The notes beneath the pieces were generated by a model. The model searched no databases. It saw nothing but the letters and a program-made list of their open reading frames with translations, and was not told the DNA's origin. Positions 1 through 8,156 of a stretch of 22,758 nt of DNA are shown here, in pieces. Positions within the stretch are counted from its first letter, which is position 1, and the number at the start of each line of letters is the position of its first letter. Source of the DNA: a candidate division NPL-UPA2 bacterium Unc8 (lineage in GTDB: Bacteria; NPL-UPA2); contig NDHY01000002.1 of the NCBI GenBank assembly GCA_003574845.1, forward strand, positions 142,317-165,074, in the 5' to 3' direction. Position numbers and translations under genes: made by a program.

Positions 1-8
1 TATTTTCA

Positions 9-365
9 TCAAAAGCCTTTTTTTATTTGATTCTTTTCATCAACAAAAATTCTTTTCATCTTGTGATTCCTTGCTTCCTCATCATCCATTGCAGAGTAAG
101 AGATAATGTGAATGCGGTCACCAACCTGTCCCCAGCGAGCGGCAGGCCCATTTAAGCAAATTTCCCCACTTCCTTTTTTTCCTTCCATGCAGTATGTCTC
201 TACCCTGCTACCATTGTTAAGATTTACAATCTGCACTCTTTCCATCGGGAGGATGTCAGCCGCCTTTAGAAGTTCCCCATCAATAGTAATACTTCCCTCA
301 TACCTGAGATTTGCTGCAGTGACAACTGCCCCATGAATCTTGGACTTACATATTACTCTCTGCAT
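9..365 (-). CDS. panD: Aspartate 1-decarboxylase
   Basis: 118 aa; [18 protein letters not shown] self-cleavage site and LNGPAAR motifs; directly downstream of panC. Confidence 0.97.
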   Translation of the reverse strand: MQRVICKSKIHGAVVTAANLRYEGSITIDGELLKAADILPMERVQIVNLNNGSRVETYCMEGKKGSGEICLNGPAARWGQVGDRIHIISYSAMDDEEARNHKMKRIFVDEKNQIKKGF

Positions 366-376
366 TATTAAACTCT

Positions 377-423
377 CCGTCTTCAGTCTAACAGCCTACA
401 GCCTTCAGCCTTTGTGCCTTTGT
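377..423. repeat. Degenerate heptamer tract (CAGYCTW-like) running into an octamer (TGTGCCTT)
   Basis: CCGTCTT CAGTCTA A CAGCCTA CAGCCTT CAGCCTT TGTGCCTT TGT fills the panC-panD spacer. Confidence 0.85.
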
Positions 424-426
424 TAT

Positions 427-1275
427 TTACACTTCAATGGAGATATTGTCAATGAGGCGCGTATTACCAATCCAGACAGCAAGAGCAATCAAAATCTTGC
501 CGGAAATCTCTTTCCTCTCTCTCAGTGTTTCTCCATCAACAAGGGAAATATAATCTATTTTTACCCGCGGCTCTTTCCTGACTATCTCCTCCATTATTTT
601 AAGAATCTGTTTACTATTTCTTTCTCCGGAATTAATCAAATGACGCGCTTTTAGAAGAGATTTATAAAGAACCACTGCCGATTTTCTCTCTTCTTTAGTT
701 AGGTAGCTATTTCTTGAGCTCACCGCAAGACCATCAGCAGTCCGCACGGTGGGGAGAACCTTTATCTCTACTTCCATATTAAGGTCAGCAACCATTCTCT
801 TGACAATCAGTGCCTGCTGGGCATCCTTGGCTCCAAAGTAGGCAATATCAGGGCTGATAATATTGAACAGCTTTGCGACAATTGTCGCTACCCCGCGAAA
901 ATGCCCCGGACGTGAGATGCCACACAAAGGAAAACTCAGCTTCTCCACATTGATAGAGGTCTGATATCCATCGGGGTACACCTCACCAGTTAGCGGAGCA
1001 AAGATAAAGTCCACCCCGGCATTGAAGGCGAGGAGGCAATCTTTATCTATATCTCGTGGATATCTTTTGTAGTCCTCCCCTTCAGGGGCAAACTGAGTAG
1101 GATTGACAAAAATACTGATGACAACAGCATCGCAGTCCTTTTTTACCTGGCGAATAAGACTGAGATGCCCCTCATGCAAGCACCCCATCGTCGGAACAAA
1201 GCCAATTGCACATCCCCTCTCTTTTAAGGCGCGAGAGCAGGCAGAGATCCGAGAAATCCTCCTAATAACCTCCAT
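427..1275 (-). CDS. panC: Pantoate-beta-alanine ligase
   Basis: GFVPTMGCLHEGH, SIFVNPTQF, SRPGHFRGVAT, FGAKDAQQ, GLAVSSRN and RLIDN motifs. Confidence 0.98.
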   Translation of the reverse strand: MEVIRRISRISACSRALKERGCAIGFVPTMGCLHEGHLSLIRQVKKDCDAVVISIFVNPTQFAPEGEDYKRYPRDIDKDCLLAFNAGVDFIFAPLTGEVYPDGYQTSINVEKLSFPLCGISRPGHFRGVATIVAKLFNIISPDIAYFGAKDAQQALIVKRMVADLNMEVEIKVLPTVRTADGLAVSSRNSYLTKEERKSAVVLYKSLLKARHLINSGERNSKQILKIMEEIVRKEPRVKIDYISLVDGETLRERKEISGKILIALAVWIGNTRLIDNISIEV

Positions 1276-1697
1276 CTCTCCAACCGCAGAAAAGTATTTA
1301 TCATCTGATGTTGAGCATAACCTACATCTTCAGTGAGAATTGTCCCTGTAGGAATGTGCCAGTATTGCGGACGGCCATCTTCTCCCATCCCTTTATAAAG
1401 GAGATTGGAGCCATACCCGGCTATCCCACTACCATCCAATCTGATTACAGATTTTACAGGAGGAGTAAAACTAACTTCAGGGTTCCGTTTGATAGCAACC
1501 CGATAATGCTTTAGCTTTTCCTGGAAGTGCTGCGCTTTATCAGACGAGATTCTCTCCCACATGATTCTTCCATCAAAAGTAATAACCTCAGCAAACGCCT
1601 CTTCACTGAACTCCTTTATCCTGAGAATCTCTATCGTTTCAAGCTCATCACTCGCGGGAAGCAACAAGCGATTAGTAGTGTTAACTTTACTTTTCAT
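1224..1697 (-). CDS. Hypothetical protein (157 aa)
   Basis: Fills the gap between the DUF151 gene and panC on the operon strand; no motif recognised; no clear SD; 3' end overlaps panC by 52 nt. Confidence 0.5.
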   Translation of the reverse strand: MKSKVNTTNRLLLPASDELETIEILRIKEFSEEAFAEVITFDGRIMWERISSDKAQHFQEKLKHYRVAIKRNPEVSFTPPVKSVIRLDGSGIAGYGSNLLYKGMGEDGRPQYWHIPTGTILTEDVGYAQHQMINTFLRLERWRLLGGFLGSLPALAP

Positions 1698-1709
1698 TTG
1701 CTTGTTTCA

Positions 1710-2120
1710 CTATGGACTGGCAGTAGTTAAGTCAATCACTTCTTCAGCAACAAAAATAGGAACGTTAGCGCGCAGGGCAAGGGCAATAGCATCGCTTGGC
1801 CGGGCATCAATTTTCACTTCTTCCCCTTCTTGTGTGACAATCATTAACTTGGCAAAAAATATTCCTTCGGAGAGACTGTCAACGATTATACCTTCAAGTT
1901 TTGCTCCGAGTCCCTTTATTGTGCTCATTAATAGGTCGTGTGTAAGAGGACGTGGTGGAGTTATTCCTTTCATCTTCATCCTGATTGCTTCAGCCTCATA
2001 AGGCCCGATTATTATCGGAAGGCGCCGCTTTTCTCCATCCTTTTCCTTTAGAATGATAAGTTGCTCGCCCCTTTTCTCATCCATTCTGATGCTTGACAAT
2101 TGCATTTCCATCATTAGCAA
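1710..2120 (-). CDS. Bifunctional nuclease family protein (DUF151)
   Basis: LPIIIGPYEAEAI, PPRPLTHDL and IDARPSDAIALALR motifs; GGAGGAG SD upstream; start is TTG 2120 or ATG 2114. Confidence 0.93.
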   Translation of the reverse strand: MLMMEMQLSSIRMDEKRGEQLIILKEKDGEKRRLPIIIGPYEAEAIRMKMKGITPPRPLTHDLLMSTIKGLGAKLEGIIVDSLSEGIFFAKLMIVTQEGEEVKIDARPSDAIALALRANVPIFVAEEVIDLTTASP

Positions 2121-2170
2121 GCTCCTCCAGATTCCACATCAACTCACCAGCACCAAGCTCACCCTCAGCC

Positions 2171-2200
2171 CTACCTACCACCTACTATCTACTACCCACT
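2171..2200. repeat. Degenerate heptamer tract (CTACCTA-like x4)
   Basis: CTACCTA CCACCTA CTATCTA CTACCCA abuts the hicA stop codon. Confidence 0.8.
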
Positions 2201-2421
2201 CATTTTGCATTTAAAAATTCCTCCATAGTTAGACCAGCTCGGGCAATAAGCGATCTTAGAGTCCCTCTTGCAACCTCACGATGACCAGGAACAGACAAAG
2301 TAGTAATATGTCCTTCCTTCACAAGAATAATGTGACTTCCTCATTGCCTCGCAACTTCCCATCCCAGACGCCTAAATATTCTTACAACTTCATGCCCACT
2401 TAAAAGTGGAATCTTCTGCAT
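2200..2421 (-). pseudogene. hicA: HicA-family mRNA interferase toxin interrupted by an in-frame TGA at codon 27
   Basis: Manual translation: MQKIPLLSGHEVVRIFRRLGWEVARQ*GSHIILVKEGHITTLSVPGHREVARGTLRSLIARAGLTMEEFLNAK. HicA GSH, VPxH and GTLxSI motifs present; TGA at 2341-2343; TAATG coupling with hicB. Absent from the ORF track. Confidence 0.9.
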
Positions 2422-2627
2422 TAGGCCAATACTTCTACTTCACGCATACTTACAGTGAGTGGTATACCCCTTTCAGCTCGAACTTCAAGACACTGTTTTA
2501 TTGCGTCTTTGATATTTTCCACTGCTTCCTGTTCAGTCTTGCCTTGGCTCACACATCCTGGGATAGATGGGCATTCTACCACAAACATTCCGTCTTCATC
2601 TCGTCCAATTGTTACAATAAACTTCAT
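2421..2627 (-). CDS. hicB: HicB-family antitoxin, short form with no DNA-binding domain
   Basis: 68 aa; DEDGMFVVECPSIPGCVSQGKTEQEAVENIKDAI is the HicB partial RNase H fold signature. Confidence 0.92.
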   Translation of the reverse strand: MKFIVTIGRDEDGMFVVECPSIPGCVSQGKTEQEAVENIKDAIKQCLEVRAERGIPLTVSMREVEVLA

Positions 2628-2745
2628 TGTTTATGTCTCATTCTTTTCTTACTTACTTAATAGGGTTCTTAAAGTCTTTTGCATCTCTCTCGGGTTTTTA
2701 TCGCCTAACAATGCATTACTGCTTATGATACAATAGGAATAATCA

Positions 2746-3204
2746 TTATTGCAAGCATTTTTGGGAAATTTCCTGAATCTTTTTCCCCAAAATAGGGTGA
2801 ATGACCTCAGGAGCAATCTCCTTAAGAGGCGCCAGGACAAAGTTCCTCTCTGTGAGTAATGGATGGGGAATTTTTAGATTATCATTATCAATGATTAACC
2901 CGCCATAGAGTAATATGTCAAGGTCAATGATGCGCGGCCCCCAGCGCTTGGCGACTTCTCTACCCAATGTTTTCTCTATGGATTTCAAGAGCTTAAGTAA
3001 TAAAGAGGGAGGAATATCGGTCTCTATTTCCACAACTCCATTTAAGAAAAATGGTTGTTCCTTTATCCCTTCCGGTTCAGTTTCAATGAACGAGGAGATT
3101 TTTTTTACTCTGATGGAGGGATTTTTCATTAAAAGGGCAATTGCCCTTTTAATGCTTTTCCTCCTTCCTCTCAGGTTTGAGCCCAATCCAAGGTAAACTT
3201 TCAA
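2746..3204 (-). CDS. folK: 2-amino-4-hydroxy-6-hydroxymethyldihydropteridine diphosphokinase
   Basis: YLGLGSN, FLNGVV, RWGPRIIDLDILLY, IPHP and RNFVLAPL motifs; TTG start. Confidence 0.97.
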   Translation of the reverse strand: MKVYLGLGSNLRGRRKSIKRAIALLMKNPSIRVKKISSFIETEPEGIKEQPFFLNGVVEIETDIPPSLLLKLLKSIEKTLGREVAKRWGPRIIDLDILLYGGLIIDNDNLKIPHPLLTERNFVLAPLKEIAPEVIHPILGKKIQEISQKCLQ

Positions 3205-3223
3205 TGTAAGGCACCTTTGCTTT

Positions 3224-4405
3224 TCAGTGATAGGTAAGTTTTAGGTGAGAAATTCTTCCCACCGCCTCTTCTATTCTCTCACGCGGAACCGTCAAGGCAA
3301 TGCGAATAAACCCCTCACCGCAGGCGCCAAATCCAACTCCTGGAGTGGTAACAATGTGTGCTTCCCGCAGGAGATATTCTGTTAGTTCAAATGATGAAGT
3401 AAAAGAGGAGGGAAGAGGCAACCACACATAAAGTGTAGCTTTTGGACGTGGCACTTTCCAGCCAATTTTAGTTAATCCATCAATAAGGGCATCTCTCCTT
3501 TCCATATAAATTTTGGCAACTCGGCTTACTTCTTCATCTGAGTTGTTTAGAGCCTCTATGGCTGCATATTGAATCGGCTGAAACATTCCGGAATCAAGAT
3601 TGGTCTTTACCTTTAACAAAGCGGAAATAATTTGAGGATTTCCACATGCCCAGGCAACCCTCCAGCCTGTCATATTATATGTTTTGGAAAGACTATGAAA
3701 TTCAACACCAACATCCATTGCTCCTCCAACCTCAAGAAAGCTCGGCGCCTGGTAATCCCCGAAAGTAACTTCTGAATAGGCAGCATCATGACAGACAACA
3801 ATCTCATATTTTTTTGCAAAGCGGACGACTTCTTTGAAAAATTCCTTTGATGCAGTTGCCGTGGTAGGATTATTAGGATAATTGATAAACATTATCTTTG
3901 CCCGGCGGGCAATGTCTTCACTCACAGAGTTCAGTTGTGGAAGAAACTCATTATCCTTATAAAGCGGTAAAAAAGATGGCTTTCCACCGGCAAGAATCGT
4001 CCCGGCCTGGTAAACAGGATAGCCCGGATCAGGCACAAGAGCGACATCCCCTTCATTTACAAAAGCAAGTGGAATATGACCAATTCCTTCTTTTGAGCCA
4101 AGCAGTGGCAATATCTCGTTTTCGGGGTTCAGCTTGACGGAAAATCTTCCCTCAAACCAGCGCGCCACTGTTTCCCTTAAAATGCGAAGACCACTGTAAG
4201 AAGGATAGCGGTGGTTTTCTTCAATCTTTGCAGATGTATAAAGTTGCTCAATAACGCGCGGGGCAGTAGGAGTATCCGGATCCCCGGTCCCCAAATCAAT
4301 GATATCGGCTCCTGAGGCAAGAACATCTTTTTTTAGCTCATCTATTTTAGCAAAAAGATAGGTAGGAAGCTGAGCCAACCTCCGGGATACTGCTACTTCA
4401 GGCAT
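3224..4405 (-). CDS. dapL: LL-diaminopimelate aminotransferase (class I/II PLP enzyme)
   Basis: YLFAKID, LGTGDPD, LLGSKEGIGH, NYPNNPT, CHDAAYSE and EFHSLSKTYNMTGWR motifs. Confidence 0.88.
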   Translation of the reverse strand: MPEVAVSRRLAQLPTYLFAKIDELKKDVLASGADIIDLGTGDPDTPTAPRVIEQLYTSAKIEENHRYPSYSGLRILRETVARWFEGRFSVKLNPENEILPLLGSKEGIGHIPLAFVNEGDVALVPDPGYPVYQAGTILAGGKPSFLPLYKDNEFLPQLNSVSEDIARRAKIMFINYPNNPTTATASKEFFKEVVRFAKKYEIVVCHDAAYSEVTFGDYQAPSFLEVGGAMDVGVEFHSLSKTYNMTGWRVAWACGNPQIISALLKVKTNLDSGMFQPIQYAAIEALNNSDEEVSRVAKIYMERRDALIDGLTKIGWKVPRPKATLYVWLPLPSSFTSSFELTEYLLREAHIVTTPGVGFGACGEGFIRIALTVPRERIEEAVGRISHLKLTYH

Positions 4406-5592
4406 TTTTTTCTCATTGCCTCAAGTTTAAGCGGCAAGCCCCAGAGTTCAATAAACCCTTCTGCCCAGGTACGGTTAAAGGTATCACTTATCCCATATGT
4501 AGCCAGATTCTCATTATAAAGTGAATACTCTGACCGGCGACCAATCATCTCGCATTTTCCTTTGTGCAGCTTTACCCTTATGGTGCCGCTGACCACCTCC
4601 TGTGTCTTTTCAATAAAGGCATCAAAGGCATCCCGCAAGGAGGAGTGCCATAAGCCATAGTAGATGAGCTCTCCGTACTTAGTAGAAATTAACTCCTTAA
4701 AATGAAGTGTCTCCTTATCCAGAGTCAGCGCTTCTAATTCTCGATGGGCCAGATGAAGAATTGTGCCAGCTGGGGACTCATATATCTCTCTTGACTTGAT
4801 GCCGATGAGGCGGTTCTCTATCAAGTCCTCCCTCCCAACGCCATTTTTTCCGCCCTCTTCATTCAGTTTTCTCACAATTTCCATCATTCCACAGCTTCTA
4901 CCGTTAAGACCAACAGGAGTGCCTCGCTTGAAATTGAGCTCTATGTAGGTTGGCTTATCCGGAGCCGACTGAGGAGATGCTGTAAGCTGATATATTTCCT
5001 CAGGAGGCTCGCGCCATGGGTCCTCAAGAACGCCGCATTCTATACTTGCCCCCCAGACATTGATATCAACACTATAGGGGCTCTCCACGCTAACAGCAAC
5101 AGGGATGTTGTGCTTAGCAGCATAAGCAATCTCCTCCTGGCGAGATTTGAGCTCCCATTCACGCAATGGAGCAATTACCCTTAGCTCCGGGTTGAGTGAG
5201 AAAATCCCGAGTTCAATCCGCACCTGGTCATTTCCTTTGCCAGAGCACCCATGCGCAACGACCGATGCTCCCTCTTTCTCGGCAATCTCAACAAGTTTTT
5301 TGGCAATTAATGGACGGCTAAGCGCCGTTGCCAGCAGATATTTTCGCTCATAGGCAGCATTCGCGCGCAGGGCAGGGAGCACATACTGCTCTAAAAATTC
5401 CTGCTGGAGATTTTCAATATATACAGAGGTAGCGCCGCTGGCGAGTGCTTTCTGCCTCAGCGCATCTGCGTCAAACTCCTGCCCAAGGTCTAAAGATACG
5501 GTAACCACCTCCATCTGCTTTTTTTCCTTTAGCCAGGGGATGCAGACAGAAGTATCCAGTCCACCTGAATAGGCAAGGACAACCTTTTTCAA
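4393..5592 (-). CDS. argG: Argininosuccinate synthase
   Basis: LAYSGGLDTS, AHGCSGKGNDQVR, SIECGVLEDPW and ENRLIGIKSREIYE motifs. Confidence 0.98.
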   Translation of the reverse strand: MKKVVLAYSGGLDTSVCIPWLKEKKQMEVVTVSLDLGQEFDADALRQKALASGATSVYIENLQQEFLEQYVLPALRANAAYERKYLLATALSRPLIAKKLVEIAEKEGASVVAHGCSGKGNDQVRIELGIFSLNPELRVIAPLREWELKSRQEEIAYAAKHNIPVAVSVESPYSVDINVWGASIECGVLEDPWREPPEEIYQLTASPQSAPDKPTYIELNFKRGTPVGLNGRSCGMMEIVRKLNEEGGKNGVGREDLIENRLIGIKSREIYESPAGTILHLAHRELEALTLDKETLHFKELISTKYGELIYYGLWHSSLRDAFDAFIEKTQEVVSGTIRVKLHKGKCEMIGRRSEYSLYNENLATYGISDTFNRTWAEGFIELWGLPLKLEAMRKKCLK

Positions 5593-5650
5593 TCTATATA
5601 CCTCATCTTATAACTATTCATATATCCAGTAGTTAGAAGTTGATTGTTTT

Positions 5651-5692
5651 ATTCTGGATTCTGGATTCTGGATTCTGACTTCTGACTCCTGA
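5651..5692. repeat. Heptamer tandem tract (ATTCTGG x3, ATTCTGA, CTTCTGA, CTCCTGA)
   Basis: Six 7-nt units between ferredoxin and argG. Confidence 0.92.
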
Positions 5693-5699
5693 GTAGTCA

Positions 5700-5888
5700 C
5701 TATTCTTCTATGCTTATTGCTTCCGTTGGGCAGCCCTCAGTAGCCTCACGACAGGAATCAACAGCTTCTTCAGGAACTGTATCTGCCTTCACCAGAGCAA
5801 CATCATTACTCATTTCAAACACCTCAGGACAGATATCCACGCACATTTCACAACCAGTGCAGAGATCATTATCAATTATTACTTTCAT
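5700..5888 (-). CDS. Single-cluster [4Fe-4S] ferredoxin
   Basis: 62 aa, acidic; CTGCEMCVDICPEVF...CPTEAI. Confidence 0.95.
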   Translation of the reverse strand: MKVIIDNDLCTGCEMCVDICPEVFEMSNDVALVKADTVPEEAVDSCREATEGCPTEAISIEE

Positions 5889-5905
5889 AGATCAAACACC
5901 CCCTC

Positions 5906-6130
5906 TTAAGTAATTACCTCTTTCGCTTCTGGCACCTCTGCCTTTATTGCACGCTCTACTGACATTTTCAATGTCATCTGGGACATTGGACAATTGCCAC
6001 AGGCACCGGTTAATTTTACCTTGACCACACCATCCTCGGTCACATCCAGCAGGTCTATGCCCCCTCCATCTGCCTGTAACAAAGGACGCACTTTGTTTAG
6101 AGATATCTCCACTTTTTCCTTTAACTCCAT
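5906..6130 (-). CDS. NifU C-terminal (Nfu) Fe-S carrier/scaffold protein
   Basis: VRPLLQADGG and LTGACGNCPMSQMTLK (CxxC); strong AGGAGG SD. Confidence 0.95.
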   Translation of the reverse strand: MELKEKVEISLNKVRPLLQADGGGIDLLDVTEDGVVKVKLTGACGNCPMSQMTLKMSVERAIKAEVPEAKEVIT

Positions 6131-6178
6131 TGTCTTTCCTCCTTCCTAATACCCTGCCTCCTCTATAATGAGGAGAAG

Positions 6179-7189
6179 CTACGACAGCTCAAAAGGCAAC
6201 TTCTTGCCACAATAGCAATAGCTTTTTTCCTTCAGGTCAATCTTTCTTACACCGAACCAGCTCCTTGCTATTATGGTCTTTCCACAATAAGGACATACAG
6301 AATCTTCGCAACTATTTTGTGGTAGGTTACCAGAATAAACATAATTCAGTCCAGTTTTTTTTCCAACTTCAATCGCGCGATGAATCACTTCAGCAGGCGT
6401 GGACCGGGCATCCTGCATCTGATGACAGGGGGAAAATGCCGAGAGATGCCATGGAATATCGGCAGAGATGCTTACTAAGAATTCAGCAATCCCTTTTAAT
6501 TCATCAGGAGAGTCGTTCTCTCCCGGCACTACCAACGTAGTAACCTCAATTGTTATTCCTGCATTGTGCATATTTCTGATGGTCTCCAGCACTGGCTCGA
6601 GGTGCGCCTGGCAGACCCTGCTGTAAAAGTCATCTGAGAAAGATTTCAGGTCTATGTTCGCTGCATCTATCACACCTTTCATCATAGCTACTGTCTCCGG
6701 AGTCTGGTAGCCATTGGTAACAAAGACATTTCTCAATCCTTTCTCCCGGGCAATCTCAGCCGTTTCATAGGCATATTCAAAGAAAACAGTCGGCTCAGTG
6801 TATGTGTAAGAGATACTCTGGCACTTATAGAAAATCGCTTCTTCAACTATTTTCTCTGGCAAGATAGTCTCTCCGGGAATGTTATCTTTCACTCCCTGAG
6901 ATATTTCCCAATTCTGGCAAAAGCGACAGCGAAAATTACAGCCTACAGTAGCCAGTGAATAGCTAAGCGTTCCCGGAAGAAAATGAAAGAGCGGTTTCTT
7001 CTCCATAGGGTCAACATTTCTGGCGATGGCTTTGCCATAAACTAAAGTATAAAGAGCCCCCTCTTTGTTTTCTCTTACCCTGCAGATGCCGGTTGCTCCG
7101 GGCTTAATGCGGCAGCGATGAGCACAGAGGCGACATTTCACCATATTATCCCCAAGAGTCTGATAAAGAAAAGCCTCTTTCCTGCCCAA
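6179..7189 (-). CDS. AmmeMemoRadiSam system radical SAM enzyme
   Basis: CRLCAHRC, GICRVREN, DPMEKKPLFHF, GCNFRCRFCQNWEISQ (CxxxCxxC), YTYTEPTVF and NIDLKSF. Start moved to TTG 7189 after a G-rich SD because the longer ORF overlaps the upstream small gene. Confidence 0.92.
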   Translation of the reverse strand: MGRKEAFLYQTLGDNMVKCRLCAHRCRIKPGATGICRVRENKEGALYTLVYGKAIARNVDPMEKKPLFHFLPGTLSYSLATVGCNFRCRFCQNWEISQGVKDNIPGETILPEKIVEEAIFYKCQSISYTYTEPTVFFEYAYETAEIAREKGLRNVFVTNGYQTPETVAMMKGVIDAANIDLKSFSDDFYSRVCQAHLEPVLETIRNMHNAGITIEVTTLVVPGENDSPDELKGIAEFLVSISADIPWHLSAFSPCHQMQDARSTPAEVIHRAIEVGKKTGLNYVYSGNLPQNSCEDSVCPYCGKTIIARSWFGVRKIDLKEKSYCYCGKKLPFELS

Positions 7190-7211
7190 AACATTCCCCC
7201 CTATGCGAAAG

Positions 7212-7376
7212 TTATTCTTCAGTAATTTCATCCATCCGTTTAAGGATTCCTTCAACTTTTTCTCTGGTTTTTGCCTTTTCCTCTTCCCAGGCAGCTTTCT
7301 CTTTCTTGAGCCTGGCTAAGGCATCCAGCATTTTCTGAATCCGCTCCTCAAGAATTAAAAGGCTTTTCTCATCCAT
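7212..7376 (-). CDS. Small coiled-coil protein, ZapB-like (54 aa)
   Basis: Manual translation MDEKSLLILEERIQKMLDALARLKKEKAAWEEEKAKTREKVEGILKRMDEITEE; fills the cysE-radical SAM gap; AAGGAG lies upstream inside the cysE 3' end; below the ORF-track cutoff. Confidence 0.75.
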   Translation of the reverse strand: MDEKSLLILEERIQKMLDALARLKKEKAAWEEEKAKTREKVEGILKRMDEITEE

Positions 7377-7380
7377 CCAG

Positions 7381-8046
7381 CTATTTTTCTCCTTCTTTCC
7401 ACCGCGCGAGCTCCTTTTCTACTTCATCAATGTGCCGCTGGAGCTTTTCCAATCTTTCAGTAAGCGGGTCAGGAAGGCTGGTAATCCTTCCTGGAATACC
7501 AACGACTGTGGAGTTTTGAGGAACAGATTTGATAATAACGGCGTTAGCACCGATATTAACATTATCACTAATTATAATATTCCCGAGAACCTTTGCCCCT
7601 GCCCCCACGACGACATTATTGCCTAATGTAGGGTGGCGCTTTTCCCTTTTTTTTCCTGTTCCTCCCAGGGTTACCCCCTGAAACAGTGTCACATTCTCTC
7701 CGATCTCAGCTGTCTCGCCAATGACAACTCCCATCCCATGGTCAATGAAGAGCCCTCTTCCTATCTTTGCTGCCGGGTGAATCTCAATTCCGGTCGCCTG
7801 CCGCGCAATCCGGGATACCAATTGAGGCAAAAATGGAACCCTCCAGAGAAGAAGCCTATGGCTAATACGATGAAGGACAATTGCCTGAAGCCCCGGATAA
7901 GTAAGTAGGATACTCATATAACTTACAGCCGCCGGGTCGCGCTGGAAGCAGGCATCAATCTCAACCTTAAAAAGTACGCTAATTAGCAAAGTCTTGACCA
8001 GAAAGATTGCCAACAAGCCTAAAATTATATAGACCAATACTATCAT
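7381..8046 (-). CDS. cysE: Serine O-acetyltransferase with N-terminal hydrophobic extension
   Basis: RDPAA, YPGLQA, TGIEIHPAAKIG, FIDHGMGVVIGET, QGVTLGGTG and RHPTLG motifs. Start placed at ATG 8046 because the track's 8085 start lies inside the predicted promoter. Confidence 0.93.
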   Translation of the reverse strand: MIVLVYIILGLLAIFLVKTLLISVLFKVEIDACFQRDPAAVSYMSILLTYPGLQAIVLHRISHRLLLWRVPFLPQLVSRIARQATGIEIHPAAKIGRGLFIDHGMGVVIGETAEIGENVTLFQGVTLGGTGKKREKRHPTLGNNVVVGAGAKVLGNIIISDNVNIGANAVIIKSVPQNSTVVGIPGRITSLPDPLTERLEKLQRHIDEVEKELARWKEGEK

Positions 8047-8069
8047 TCCTACCCCCACTTTTTTGGCTG

Positions 8070-8098
8070 ATTTTACCAGTTTCACTATCCCCTGTCAA
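8070..8098 (-). promoter_or_regulatory. sigma70 promoter of the cysE...panD run
   Basis: Minus strand TTGACA (8098-8093) N17 TAAAAT (8075-8070). Confidence 0.75.
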
Positions 8099-8126
8099 CA
8101 TTTTCACTTACTCATTTTCACTTACT
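8099..8126. repeat. Perfect 14-bp direct repeat (CATTTTCACTTACT x2)
   Basis: Lies between the divergent cysE and exoD-like promoters. Confidence 0.85.
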
Positions 8127-8156
8127 CCCCTCACTGCATTCGTGCTACAATGTAAT

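Noticed and set aside
2341-2343. hicA TGA as selenocysteine or a reassigned codon
   Set aside because: The aligned position is not Cys, there is no convincing SECIS, and TGA terminates panD, dapL, queA, holB and GT2 normally.
2649-2840. 63-aa ORF overlapping the folK 3' end
   Set aside because: Half overlaps folK in another frame, has no SD and no recognisable motif.
6158-6175. CTCCTC-TATAAT-GAGGAG hairpin after the radical SAM gene
   Set aside because: Only a 6-bp stem, no U tract, single copy; cannot be called a terminator.
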